Origin: Acidimicrobiia bacterium | Lineage (GTDB): Bacteria > Actinomycetota > Acidimicrobiia > IMCC26256 > JACDBD01 | DNA length: 64,000 bases | Reading direction: 5' to 3' | Assembly (NCBI GenBank): GCA_035938395.1 | Contig: DASZGY010000023.1 | Location: 5,340 to 69,339 of the forward strand | Shown here: piece by piece, positions 8,540-18,582 of the stretch | Layout of the letters: the number at the start of each line of letters is the position of its first letter | Position numbering within the stretch: the stretch's first letter is position 1 | Translations under genes and position numbers: made by a program | Notes under the pieces: model-generated | Databases searched by the model: none | Told to the model about the DNA's origin: nothing | Seen by the model: only the letters and a program-made list of their open reading frames with translations

Positions 8540-9283
8540 CTAGCCCCAGCCGGAACTGGCTCCCTGCACCATGCCGAAGGGGCCCGTGGGCCAGCGGAAG
8601 CAGTCCATCATCAGCTTGTCCACGTCGTCCGCAGTGGCGATGCCCTCGTTCACGACCTTCTGCGCCTCGGCCACCATCGCGAAGTAGACGCGGTTGGTCA
8701 CGAACCCCCACGCCATCGGCGTGTCGCGAATGATGACGGGGTTCTTCCCGCACGCGGCCGCCACTTCCTTGACGGCCGCGGTGGTCTCGTCGCTGGTGTC
8801 GCGCGTCGAGACGATCTCGGCGAGGCGCATCACCGGGGCCGGTGACGCCCAGTGCCAGCCGAGAACTCGATCGGCGCGGTCGGTCGCCGCCGCCAGGCCC
8901 GCGATCGCGAACCCCGACGTGTTCGACGCCAGGATCGTCCCGGCGGGTGCAGCCCGATCGAGATCGCGGAAGACGCGGACCTTCAGCTCGAGACGCTCGG
9001 GCACCGCCTCGACCACGAGATCGACCGCGGCGGCGTCTTCGAACGAGCTCGTGAACGTGAGACGCGCCAGCGCGGCGTCGGCTTGTTCACGCGTGACCTT
9101 GCCTCGCTCGACTCCCCGCTCCAATCCGTAGCGCCCCGTCGTGACGTGTTCGCGACCGGTGTCGAGGGCGCCGGCGTCGACGTCGTAGCAGACCGTCTCG
9201 TACCCGGCCGTCGCCGTCACCTGCGCGATCCCGCTGCCCATCACGCCCGCCCCGAGCACGCCGATCCTCTTCACCGTGTTCAC
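8540..9283 (-). CDS. 3-hydroxyacyl-CoA (3-hydroxybutyryl-CoA) dehydrogenase family protein, short form
   Basis: Rossmann N-terminus RIGVLGAGVMGSGIAQV, then LASNTSG and PVMRLAEIV. The sequence ends soon after WPTGPFGM, so the C-terminal domain looks shorter than in canonical ~280-aa enzymes. Confidence 0.8.
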   Translation of the reverse strand: MNTVKRIGVLGAGVMGSGIAQVTATAGYETVCYDVDAGALDTGREHVTTGRYGLERGVERGKVTREQADAALARLTFTSSFEDAAAVDLVVEAVPERLELKVRVFRDLDRAAPAGTILASNTSGFAIAGLAAATDRADRVLGWHWASPAPVMRLAEIVSTRDTSDETTAAVKEVAAACGKNPVIIRDTPMAWGFVTNRVYFAMVAEAQKVVNEGIATADDVDKLMMDCFRWPTGPFGMVQGASSGWG

Positions 9284-9287
9284 GCGC

Positions 9288-10313
9288 TCATTCCGCGACC
9301 TTGACGATCAACTTGCCAGTGTTCTCGCCCGTGAACAGGCGCCGGAACGCGGCGGGAGCATTGTCGAGGCCGTCCACGATGTCCTCGGCGTAGCGGATGC
9401 GTCCCTCCTGCACCCACTGACCGAGTTGGAGGATGGCGTCGACGAACCGATCCCGGTAGTCGAGCAGGATGAACCCCTCCATCCGGCCGCGCTGCGGGAT
9501 GAGATTGATGACGTTCCGGGGACCCGGCGCCAGCGCGGCCGTGTCGTACTGCGAGATCGCGCCGCACAGCGCGATGCGTGCGTGCAGGTTGATCTGCCCG
9601 AGCACGGCGTCGAGGATCTCGCCGCCGACGTTGTCGAAGAAGACGTCGATCCCGTCGGGACATGTCTCGCGCAGCCGCGCTGCGACGTCCTCCGACTTGT
9701 AGTCGATCCACGCGTCGAAGCCGAGCTCGTCGGTGATCCATGCGCACTTCTCGGGACCGCCGGCGATGCCGACGACGCGGCAGCCGATGATCTTGCCGAT
9801 CTGTCCGGCGACGGACCCGACGGCGCCGGCTGCGCCGGACACGACGACGGTCTCGCCCTCCTTCGGTTGGGCCACGTCGAACATGCCGAAGTACGCGGTG
9901 AGCCCCGTGACACCGAGCACGCTGAGGAACGCGGTGATCGGTTCCTGGCGGGGGAGGGTCATCATCCCGTCGGGGCCGGCGCGGGCGATGGAGTACTCGG
10001 ACCACTGCATCATCCCGAACACGAGGTCGCCTTCCGAATACGCGGCGTTGCGGGACTGCACGACTTCGCCGAGCCCGCCGGCGCGCATGACGTCGCCGAC
10101 ATGGATGCCGGGCACGTACGTGTCGATGCCGTTCATCCACACCCGGATGGCGGGGTCGAGCGACAAGTAGAGCGTGCGCACGAGCGCTTCGCCGTCGGCG
10201 GGCTCGGGCACGGGCTCGTCGACCAACTCGAAGTCATCGTCGTCGAGCGCGCCGTCGGGATGCGACGCCATCTTGATCACGCGATGGGTCGTCGCGACCG
10301 GCGCGTCGGTCAC
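9288..10313 (-). CDS. NADP-dependent oxidoreductase, MDR superfamily (YncB/CurA/alkenal reductase type)
   Basis: GTG 10313 within ORF 9288..10922. Motifs GETVVVSGAAGAVGSVAGQIGK and FFDNVGGEILDAVL; the protein ends ENTGKLIVKV. The GTG overlaps the upstream stop (GTGA). Confidence 0.85.
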   Translation of the reverse strand: MTDAPVATTHRVIKMASHPDGALDDDDFELVDEPVPEPADGEALVRTLYLSLDPAIRVWMNGIDTYVPGIHVGDVMRAGGLGEVVQSRNAAYSEGDLVFGMMQWSEYSIARAGPDGMMTLPRQEPITAFLSVLGVTGLTAYFGMFDVAQPKEGETVVVSGAAGAVGSVAGQIGKIIGCRVVGIAGGPEKCAWITDELGFDAWIDYKSEDVAARLRETCPDGIDVFFDNVGGEILDAVLGQINLHARIALCGAISQYDTAALAPGPRNVINLIPQRGRMEGFILLDYRDRFVDAILQLGQWVQEGRIRYAEDIVDGLDNAPAAFRRLFTGENTGKLIVKVAE

Positions 10314-11605
10314 GTGGTCTCCTCGGGGAGCTCGATCCGGGCCAGCCACAGACCGGGCGCATCGAGCTCGGCCGGCGTCGGCAGCATCCGCTCGGCCTCC
10401 CACAGCCGGTTCAACCCCGCCGGCCCCGCCCGCTCGACGACACCGCGGCAGAACGCCGCCCCCTGGTCGTAGTGGTGGCGTTCGAGCTTCAGCCCGAGCA
10501 GACCTTCGATGAACACCTCGGCCTCGCCCCGCTCCACCCGGTGCCGCTGCATCGCCTCGTGAATCTGACGGAACGACGGGATGAGCTTCTCGCCGACGCG
10601 TTCGAGCACCGAGTCCGCGTAGCCCTCGAGCACGGCGGTGAGCAGCTGCAGCTGCCGGCGGGGCTCGTCCTGGCGCGGCGAGTGCATCGCGCCGAGCAGG
10701 GCGTCCGGATCCTCGGCGATCGATCCCAGGGTCGACGGGTCGTTGGGATCGACCGACCCGAACCGGTCCTCCAGCGCGCTCGGGTCCACTTCGTAGGCCG
10801 ACACGTACTCCGTCGACAACCGGACGAGGCGGTCCGGCACCCAGGGCACAGAACGTTCGGCTGCGTGCACGACCTCGTGCACCGCGACGTAGAAGCGCAG
10901 ATCGGCTCGTTCGAGGGACCACGCCTCCTCGAACGCGTCGATGTTCTGCACGACGAAGCTGAGGCTCGGCTCGTCGCTCGTCGGAAGGGGCAGGTCGTAC
11001 CGCCCAAGGGCGTGCTGGGCCAGGTAGCCGATCATCGAGCCGGCCTGCATCCCGAGCAGCGCCGGCGCCAGCATCTGCATCATCCCGCCGAGCATCTCGG
11101 GCCCGAACGGGCTCGCACCGGGGCCGCCGGGTGCCCCCCGCTCGCCGGATTCGAGCTCACCCGGCTCGGGTCCCGATTCGCGCATCACCTGCCCGAGCGT
11201 CGTCGCGAGTGCCTCGAGCACCGGACGCAGCGCGTCCAGCTGGAGTGCCGCCCAACCCTGGGGGCCGAGCGTGCGGAGCGGCGTCACGAACGTGGCCCCG
11301 AGATCCGTCTCGGCGACGACGTGCGTCTGCGCGGCGCGCGCGAGCTCTTCGAGCTGCTCGTGCGCGGCGGGATCGATCGGACGCTCGGTCCCACCTTCGA
11401 CCGCGACCCACGCCGCGATCTGCCGCGCCACGTCCCAGTTGATCGGCCCCTGCGACTGCAGCATCTGCATGAGCTGGGCCAGGTCGAAACCGCCGCCCCC
11501 GAACGGCATCCCCGGGAAGCCGGAGGACGACTGCGGCTCGGGCTGGTCGCGTTTGTCGGGTTTTCCGGGCTCGTCGGGGTCGCCAGGTTGAGGCTGGTCC
11601 GTCAC
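10310..11605 (-). CDS. zinc metalloprotease, DUF2342 / F420-biosynthesis-associated hydrolase family
   Basis: 431-aa ORF with a Pro/Asp-rich N-terminus, the metal motif VAVHEVVHAAE, and ...GAAFCRGVVERAG..LNRLWE, which is typical of this actinobacterial family. Confidence 0.75.
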   Translation of the reverse strand: MTDQPQPGDPDEPGKPDKRDQPEPQSSSGFPGMPFGGGGFDLAQLMQMLQSQGPINWDVARQIAAWVAVEGGTERPIDPAAHEQLEELARAAQTHVVAETDLGATFVTPLRTLGPQGWAALQLDALRPVLEALATTLGQVMRESGPEPGELESGERGAPGGPGASPFGPEMLGGMMQMLAPALLGMQAGSMIGYLAQHALGRYDLPLPTSDEPSLSFVVQNIDAFEEAWSLERADLRFYVAVHEVVHAAERSVPWVPDRLVRLSTEYVSAYEVDPSALEDRFGSVDPNDPSTLGSIAEDPDALLGAMHSPRQDEPRRQLQLLTAVLEGYADSVLERVGEKLIPSFRQIHEAMQRHRVERGEAEVFIEGLLGLKLERHHYDQGAAFCRGVVERAGPAGLNRLWEAERMLPTPAELDAPGLWLARIELPEETT

Positions 11606-11616
11606 GCGGCCAGTCT

Positions 11617-12649
11617 ATGGACGTGGTTGCGATTGCCGTCACCGGCGCGTCGGGGCTCGTAGGCCAGCGTCTACTCCCGCGATTGGCCGAGGAATCGCAG
11701 GTGACGCGCCTGATCGGCTTGGATGTTCGTGATCCGCTCCGCCGCGTCCGCAACCTCACCTTTCATCGCGTCGACATCGGCGGCGGCGAGCTCAAGCCCC
11801 TGCTGGAAGCGGCCGAAGTGCTCGTCCACCTGGCCACTGTCGTCGACCCGGTTCCCGACGAAGCGCTCATGGCGCGCGTCAACGTCGAGGGCACGCGGCG
11901 GGTCCTCGACGCGGCCGCCGCCGTGGGAGTGCGGAAGGTCATCCGGGTGTCGACCGCGGCCGTCTACGGCGCGTGGCCCAACAACCCGGTGCCCCTCACG
12001 GAGGACGCCACCCTCCGACCCAACCCGGGCTTCGCGCCCGCCGTGCAGGCCGCCGAGGTCGAGCGCCTCCTCGCCGAGTGGCGCGAGGAGCACCCGGCGG
12101 TCACGGTCACGACACTGCGCTCGGCGCCCGTCCTCGGCGCCGGCGCCGAGCGGCTTCCTTCGCGATTGCTGCTGGGCCGGCCTCCGCTGCGCGTCCGGGG
12201 CGCCAGCCCACCCGTGCAGGCGGTCCACGTCGACGACCTGGTCGCCGCGCTCCTGCTGGCGGTCGGCAAGGACCTCCCGGGCACGTACAACGTCGCCGCC
12301 GACGGGTGGCTGGGCACCGACGACGCCCGAGAGTTGCTGCCCCGGTCGCTGCTGCCCCCGCTGCCGTCCGAGCTGATCGAGCGGGCCCTGGCGCGCCTGT
12401 GGGCGAGCGGCCTCGGCGACATCCCGCCGACCGTCGTGCCCTACCTCGTTTACCCGTGGGTCGTCGCCAACGACCGGCTCCGCGCCGCAGGCTGGCGGCC
12501 GAATCACACCAACGAGGAAGCGATCATCGAGGGCCTCGACTCGCTTCCGTCCGCCAGGTACGGGCGTGCGCTCCTCATCGGCGGAGCAGCGAGCGTGGCG
12601 ATGGGGATCGCGGCAGGAGCGGGGTGGCGGATCCTGCGGAGAGTGCGGG

Positions 12650-12669
<20 letters not shown>
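11617..12669 (+). CDS. NAD-dependent epimerase/dehydratase (extended SDR)
   Basis: N-terminal AVTGASGLVGQRL glycine-rich NAD motif, then VSTAAVYG and a C-terminal hydrophobic tail. Confidence 0.8.
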
Positions 12670-13762
<1,093 letters not shown>

Positions 13763-13790
13763 CGTGCCGAGGTCGACCGCACCCGGCAAA

Positions 13791-14954
13791 TCACTGCGCG
13801 TTCCCGGGCTCGGCCGGGGCCGTGCCCGCGGTCGCGCTCGCATCCCGCTGGTCGCCGAGCTCGAGGCCCACTCGGCGCTGCCCGCGGTCGCGATACACCG
13901 TGACGTTGAGCTGCTCACCCGGCTTGCGCCGCCCGACCTCGCTCATCAGCTGGGAGACGCTCGAGATCGCAGTCGTCGAGCCGGCTTTCCCGACGTCGAC
14001 GATCACGTCGCCCTGCACGAGCCCCGCATTGTCGGCCGGGCCGCCGGGCACGACGCCCTGCACGCGTGCCCCGCCGCCGGTGCGGTCGGTGTCGTCGGTG
14101 GCCCAGACGCCGAGCCAGCCGTGCTCCGCGCTCCCGCGTGCAGTCAGCTGCGAGGCGACGTCGCGTGCCTGGTCGATCGGGAGCGCCAGACCCGCGGTGG
14201 AGGAGTCCGGCGGCACGACGAGGATGCCGACGACCTCGCCCCGGGTGTCGACGAGCGCGCCGCCCGAGTGCTCGCCGCTCGCGGTCATGTTCGTCTGAAT
14301 GAGACCGGCCACCGAGACGCCCCCGTCCGACACGAACGCTCGGTTGAACGATCCGATCTCGCCCACGTCGACCCAGCGGTGGCGTCCCGATTCGGACGCC
14401 GCCACGCCGACAACCTGCTGACCAGCCTCGAGGCCGGCCGACGCCCCGAGCTGCGCGGGTTGCATGCTCGTCCCGTCGACCGTCAGGACGGCGAGGTCGG
14501 AGACGGGGTCGCTGGCGTCCACGGCTGCCGGCAGCGTGCGGCCATCTGACGTGACGACCGCCACCGCGTCCGCGCCGTCGACGGCGTGCGCCGTCGTCAC
14601 GATCTGCCCCGCCTGCACGCAGACTCCCGACGCCCGTCCCGTCTCGTTGCCGCGCGCGGTCCGCACCGCGACCACGCTGGGCGCCAGGGTCGCCACCATC
14701 CTTTGGATCGCGCCGCTGCGCGCGCTCGGCGTGGGCCGGCTCGAGTTGTTGACGGTCATGAGCGCGACGACACCGGCGACGGCCGCGACCACGGTCAGGC
14801 CGGCGGCGAGCGCAACCCAGCGACCGCGTCGCGACGCCCGAGGCCGTGTCGTCGCGACGAACGACGTCATCTCGGTGGGGTGAACCCAGATCCGATCAGA
14901 CGGGTCGGGCGGCGGGCCGCCGGAACTCTCGTCCTCCGGCTCGTTGCCCGGCAT
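13791..14954 (-). CDS. HtrA-like trypsin-family serine protease with PDZ domain, membrane anchored
   Basis: ATG 14954 (MPGNEPED). TM segment WVALAAGLTVVAAVAGVVAL. Protease motifs TTAHAV, DLAVL and GEHSGGALV. C-terminal PDZ GLVQGDVIVDVG. Confidence 0.85.
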   Translation of the reverse strand: MPGNEPEDESSGGPPPDPSDRIWVHPTEMTSFVATTRPRASRRGRWVALAAGLTVVAAVAGVVALMTVNNSSRPTPSARSGAIQRMVATLAPSVVAVRTARGNETGRASGVCVQAGQIVTTAHAVDGADAVAVVTSDGRTLPAAVDASDPVSDLAVLTVDGTSMQPAQLGASAGLEAGQQVVGVAASESGRHRWVDVGEIGSFNRAFVSDGGVSVAGLIQTNMTASGEHSGGALVDTRGEVVGILVVPPDSSTAGLALPIDQARDVASQLTARGSAEHGWLGVWATDDTDRTGGGARVQGVVPGGPADNAGLVQGDVIVDVGKAGSTTAISSVSQLMSEVGRRKPGEQLNVTVYRDRGQRRVGLELGDQRDASATAGTAPAEPGNAQ

Positions 14955-15122
14955 AGCGCGGAAGTGTACGACCGTGTTCCTGAACAACGGTCGCGGCTTG
15001 TCGGTCGCCGTCGCAAGCTCCGGGCCTGCGCCGACGGTCGGCAAAGCCGCCGCCGCCGCGGCCTCTCGGCTCGCGGCGCGCCTTCCCGGCCGACAACGGG
15101 GTGCCGCAGTACGCTGATTTTC

Positions 15123-15602
15123 GTGCTCGCGCCCCCTGACGGACGCGACTGGGTTGCCCTCACGTCGCTGCCGCTTCCCGCCGAAGCTGCCAACGCCTGG
15201 GTCACCACACCGGGCAGCGGCGCAGTCGTCTCCTTCGTCGGAGTCGTGCGCGAGCACTCCGAGGGCCGGACCGGTGTTCGGGGACTCACGTACGAGGCGT
15301 ACGAACAGGAGGCGACGCGCCGGCTCGCAGAGATCGCCGACGAGCTGCGGCGGCGCTGGCCCGATATCGAGCGCGTCGCGCTCCTGCACCGCGTCGGTGA
15401 TCTCGCGCTCTCCGAACCGTCCGTGATCGTGGTGGTCTCGGCGCCGCATCGCGCCGAGGCGTTCGAGGCGGCCCGGTTCGGCATCGACACGCTGAAGGAG
15501 ACCGTGCCCATCTGGAAGCGCGAACACTGGGACGACGGCTCCGAATGGGCCGAGCACGCCAGCCCCGTCCGCCCGGTCCGCCGGTCGACCAAGGCCGGGT
15601 GA
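15123..15602 (+). CDS. moaE: molybdopterin synthase catalytic subunit
   Basis: GAVVSFVGVVREHSEGR..V..LTYEAYE...ALLHRVGDL...EPSVIVVVSAPHRAEAFEAARFGIDTLKETVPIWKRE. The start is taken at GTG 15123, but the true start is uncertain. Confidence 0.85.
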   Translation: MLAPPDGRDWVALTSLPLPAEAANAWVTTPGSGAVVSFVGVVREHSEGRTGVRGLTYEAYEQEATRRLAEIADELRRRWPDIERVALLHRVGDLALSEPSVIVVVSAPHRAEAFEAARFGIDTLKETVPIWKREHWDDGSEWAEHASPVRPVRRSTKAG

Positions 15603-15608
15603 TCGGTC

Positions 15609-16616
15609 CTGGCCCGGGATCTCGCCATCGACCTGGGTACCGCCAACACGCTGGTCTATTCACGCGGCGAAGGCATCATCGTCAACGAGCCGACGGTCAT
15701 CGCGCTCAACAACCGCACCAACGAGGTGCTCGCGATCGGTCACGAGGCGTGGCAGATGATCGGCCGCACGCCCGGGTACATCGTCGCCGTCCGGCCCCTG
15801 CGCGGCGGCGCGATCACGGACTTCGAGATCACCGAACGTCTCCTCCGCATGCTCTTCCAGCGTGCGGGTGTGTCGCGCTTCTACCGGACGCGCGTGCTCA
15901 TCTGCGTGCCGTCGGCGATCACGCACGTCGAGCAGCGCGCTGTACTCGAGGCCGCCCGGCGCGCCGGCGCCGCTCAGACGTTCCTGATCGAGCAGCCGAT
16001 GGCCGCCGCCATCGGCGCGTCGCTGCCCATCCACGAGCCGCTCGGCAACATGATCGTCGACATCGGCGGCGGTACCTCCGAGGTCGCAGTCATCTCACTC
16101 GGTGGCGTCGTCGCTCTGGAGGCGGTTCGCGTCGGCGGGTTCGACATGGACGCCGCCATACAGGCCTACGTGCGGCGCGAGTACGGCGTGGCGATCGGCG
16201 AGCGCACGGGCGAAGAGATCAAGGTCGCGATCGGTTCGGCCTTTTCGACTGACGACCAGTACAAGGCCGAAGTACGCGGACGCGACCTGACGACCGGTAC
16301 CGCCAAGATCATCGTGCTGAGCCCGGAGGAGGTGCGCGAGGCGATCGACGAGCCAGTGCGCGCCATCCTCGAGATCATCGTGCGGGCGCTCGGGCAGACG
16401 CCGCCCGAGCTCGCGCAGGACCTCATCCACCAGGGCGTCCACCTCGTCGGCGGAGGCGGCATGCTGCGTGGCATGGACCACCGCATCTCGAAGGAGACGG
16501 CGCTGCCCGTCCACCTCGTGGACGCCCCCCTCGAATGCGTCGTGCACGGCGCCGGCCGTTGCCTCGAGAGCTTCGACAACCTCAAAGAGATGTTCATGGA
16601 CCGACCGCATTCGTAA
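15609..16616 (+). CDS. mreB: rod-shape-determining actin homologue MreB (start assigned to CTG)
   Basis: ARDLAIDLGTANTLVYSRGEGIIVNEPTVIAL...DIGGGTSEVAVISLGG...LVGGGGMLRG. The phosphate-1 motif DLGTANT lies upstream of the first ATG/GTG/TTG (15726). The frame opens directly after the in-frame moaE TGA (15600-15602). Confidence 0.9.
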   Translation: MARDLAIDLGTANTLVYSRGEGIIVNEPTVIALNNRTNEVLAIGHEAWQMIGRTPGYIVAVRPLRGGAITDFEITERLLRMLFQRAGVSRFYRTRVLICVPSAITHVEQRAVLEAARRAGAAQTFLIEQPMAAAIGASLPIHEPLGNMIVDIGGGTSEVAVISLGGVVALEAVRVGGFDMDAAIQAYVRREYGVAIGERTGEEIKVAIGSAFSTDDQYKAEVRGRDLTTGTAKIIVLSPEEVREAIDEPVRAILEIIVRALGQTPPELAQDLIHQGVHLVGGGGMLRGMDHRISKETALPVHLVDAPLECVVHGAGRCLESFDNLKEMFMDRPHS

Positions 16617-16645
16617 TCCTCGTGTGCAGCGCCGACGCCGGGCAC

Positions 16646-16716
16646 GCCGGCATCGGCCCCCACCCACCCACATGCCCGACGCCTCGCTGCGCTCTTCGCC
16701 GACGGCCGATGCCGGC
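16646..16716. repeat. 13-nt perfect inverted repeat between convergent mreB and HEAT genes
   Basis: GCCGGCATCGGCC (16646-16658) and GGCCGATGCCGGC (16704-16716), separated by 45 nt. Confidence 0.4.
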
Positions 16717-16734
16717 GACCCGTCGCCGTCGCCT

Positions 16735-17385
16735 TCATTCGGAAAGCAGGTCCTCGGCCGCCTGTCTCACTTGCCAGTCGCGGTCTTCGAGCGCGGTGCG
16801 TAATGCGTCGTCGACCTCGCCGCCGTCGAACGGCGCCAGCGCGAGGACGGCACGGCGGCGGACGGCGGGCTTGTCACGGCAGGCGGCGATGATGGCGGGA
16901 AGGCCGGCGGGGTCACCCAGGGCGCCGAGCGCCGCCACCGCAGCCTCGCGGGCGAGGGGGTCGTCGTGCATGCCCGCGACGGCGGCGAGCGCGGGGACCG
17001 CCCGGGCGCGCACTGCGGCGGCGCCGAGCTCGCCGAGCGCCCACGCGCTCGCTTCGATCACGGTGACGTCGTCGTCGCCGAGGAGCTTGAGCAGCGGTCG
17101 GGCGGGCGCGCCGAGCCCGGGGGCGAGGTCCGCGGCGCGCCGCCGCACGGCCGGCTCGGCGTCGGTCATCGCGATCCGCCACGCCGCGGTCGCCCGTCGC
17201 CGTCCGCCGGCCCGGGCGAGCGCGCCGAGCGCCGCCGCCCGCACACGCGGATCGGGATCATCCCGGGCGGCACGTTCGAGATCAGCGGGTGCACCGGCAG
17301 GGAGTCGGGCGCGCAGGCCGAGCGCGGCCGCGTCCGCGGCTCGTTCGACCGCTGTTCGCTGCTCGGCGCGGTCACGGGTGGGCAC
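16735..17385 (-). CDS. HEAT-repeat protein
   Basis: Repeated D..VR..AA.ALG.LG units (DPDPRVRAAALGALARAG, EPAVRRRAADL, DPLAREAAVAALGALGDP, DWQVRQAAEDLL). The start is taken at GTG 17385, and alternatives exist. Confidence 0.6.
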   Translation of the reverse strand: MPTRDRAEQRTAVERAADAAALGLRARLPAGAPADLERAARDDPDPRVRAAALGALARAGGRRRATAAWRIAMTDAEPAVRRRAADLAPGLGAPARPLLKLLGDDDVTVIEASAWALGELGAAAVRARAVPALAAVAGMHDDPLAREAAVAALGALGDPAGLPAIIAACRDKPAVRRRAVLALAPFDGGEVDDALRTALEDRDWQVRQAAEDLLSE

Positions 17386-17443
17386 GGCTAGACGATAGGG
17401 AGCCGCGACCGTTGGCCGGGGTGGTGCATGGCAGGCTCTGTCG

Positions 17444-18562
17444 ATGAACGAGGAGCGGCGCGAGCCCTTTCCGTCTCCGCCCCCGGCGATGCCGCCGTCG
17501 CGCCGGCGGCGCCCGCTCGTCGCTGCCGGCACGATCGCCGGCGTCGTGGCCGTGCTGCTGCTCCTCGCCGGCGCCCTGATCCGCCTGCCGTACGTGCTGA
17601 TCGCCCCGGGAGCGGCGAGCTCGGTGGATCGCGTCGTCAAGGTCACGGGCGCGCCGACGTACGCGCACCGCGGCCAGCTGCTGTTCCTCACGGTCTCCGT
17701 GTCGAGCGATCGCCCCAACGCGTTCGCGGTCCTGTCGGGCTGGCTGGACGACAACACCGACGTGGTTTCGGAGGATGAAGTGCTCCAGGGGCGCTCCCGC
17801 GCCGAGGACGCGCGGCTCAACAAGCTGGAGATGGCCGACTCGCAGATGACCGCCAAGCAGGTCGCGCTCGAGCGGCTCGGTTACACCGTTCCGGTGAGTG
17901 GGGCCGGCGCCGTCGTCACTGCGGTGCAGAAGCGCTCTCCGGCCGACGGCAAGCTCCGGGTCGGCGACGTCATCACCGAGGTGGACGGCCAACCGGTCAC
18001 GCTCGCCGAGCAGCTCGGGCCGATCGTGCGCAGCGGGCCCCCGGGGCAGCCGGTCGCGTTCACCGTGGATCGCGGCGGCAAGAGCATCCCGGTGACGGTC
18101 GTGAGCCGCGCCACGGCGCAAGGTGCCTGCCAGGGCCGCGCCCAAGTCGGCGTCTCGACCTCGACCCGCAGCGAGAAGTTCGACTTCCCGGTCAACGTCG
18201 CGATCGACACCGGCCGCGTGAGCGGCCCGTCGGCCGGGCTCGCGTTCACCCTCACGATCCTCGACGAACTCACTCCCGGCGACCTGACCGGCGGCAAGAA
18301 GGTGGCCGTGACCGGCACGATCCGTTCCGACGGCAGCGTGGGGCCCATCGGGGGCGCCCAGCAGAAAGCGGTGACGGCCCGCCGCGCGGGAGCGAAGCTG
18401 TTCCTCGTCCCGAGCGAGGAGGTCAAGGAAGCGCGCAGCCGCGCCGGCGGGATGAAGGTCGTGGGCATCGGGACCCTCGACGACGCCCTGCGGGAGCTGA
18501 AGAACTTCGGCGGCCAGGACGCCGGCGTGCCGCCCGCGTCACCCTCTACAGCCTGCCCTTAG
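17444..18562 (+). CDS. PDZ-domain S16 Lon-like protease (YlbL/SdrC type), membrane anchored
   Basis: N-terminal [38 protein letters not shown] and the Lon protease C-terminal domain with [16 protein letters not shown] and AVTGTI...VGPIGG..QK. Confidence 0.85.
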   Translation: MNEERREPFPSPPPAMPPSRRRRPLVAAGTIAGVVAVLLLLAGALIRLPYVLIAPGAASSVDRVVKVTGAPTYAHRGQLLFLTVSVSSDRPNAFAVLSGWLDDNTDVVSEDEVLQGRSRAEDARLNKLEMADSQMTAKQVALERLGYTVPVSGAGAVVTAVQKRSPADGKLRVGDVITEVDGQPVTLAEQLGPIVRSGPPGQPVAFTVDRGGKSIPVTVVSRATAQGACQGRAQVGVSTSTRSEKFDFPVNVAIDTGRVSGPSAGLAFTLTILDELTPGDLTGGKKVAVTGTIRSDGSVGPIGGAQQKAVTARRAGAKLFLVPSEEVKEARSRAGGMKVVGIGTLDDALRELKNFGGQDAGVPPASPSTACP

Positions 18563-18582
18563 CCCCAATACAGTTGCGCCCG

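Noticed and set aside
14955-15122. Moco riboswitch upstream of moaE.
   Set aside because: The 168-nt region is GC-rich with some pairing potential. I could not identify the conserved Moco-motif core elements by eye, so a covariance-model scan (Rfam RF01055) would be needed to decide.
15123-16616. MoaE-MreB fusion by read-through of the in-frame TGA at 15600-15602.
   Set aside because: No recoding signal is recognisable. The two proteins are functionally unrelated, and each looks complete on its own. A rare CTG start or a base-call error is more economical.
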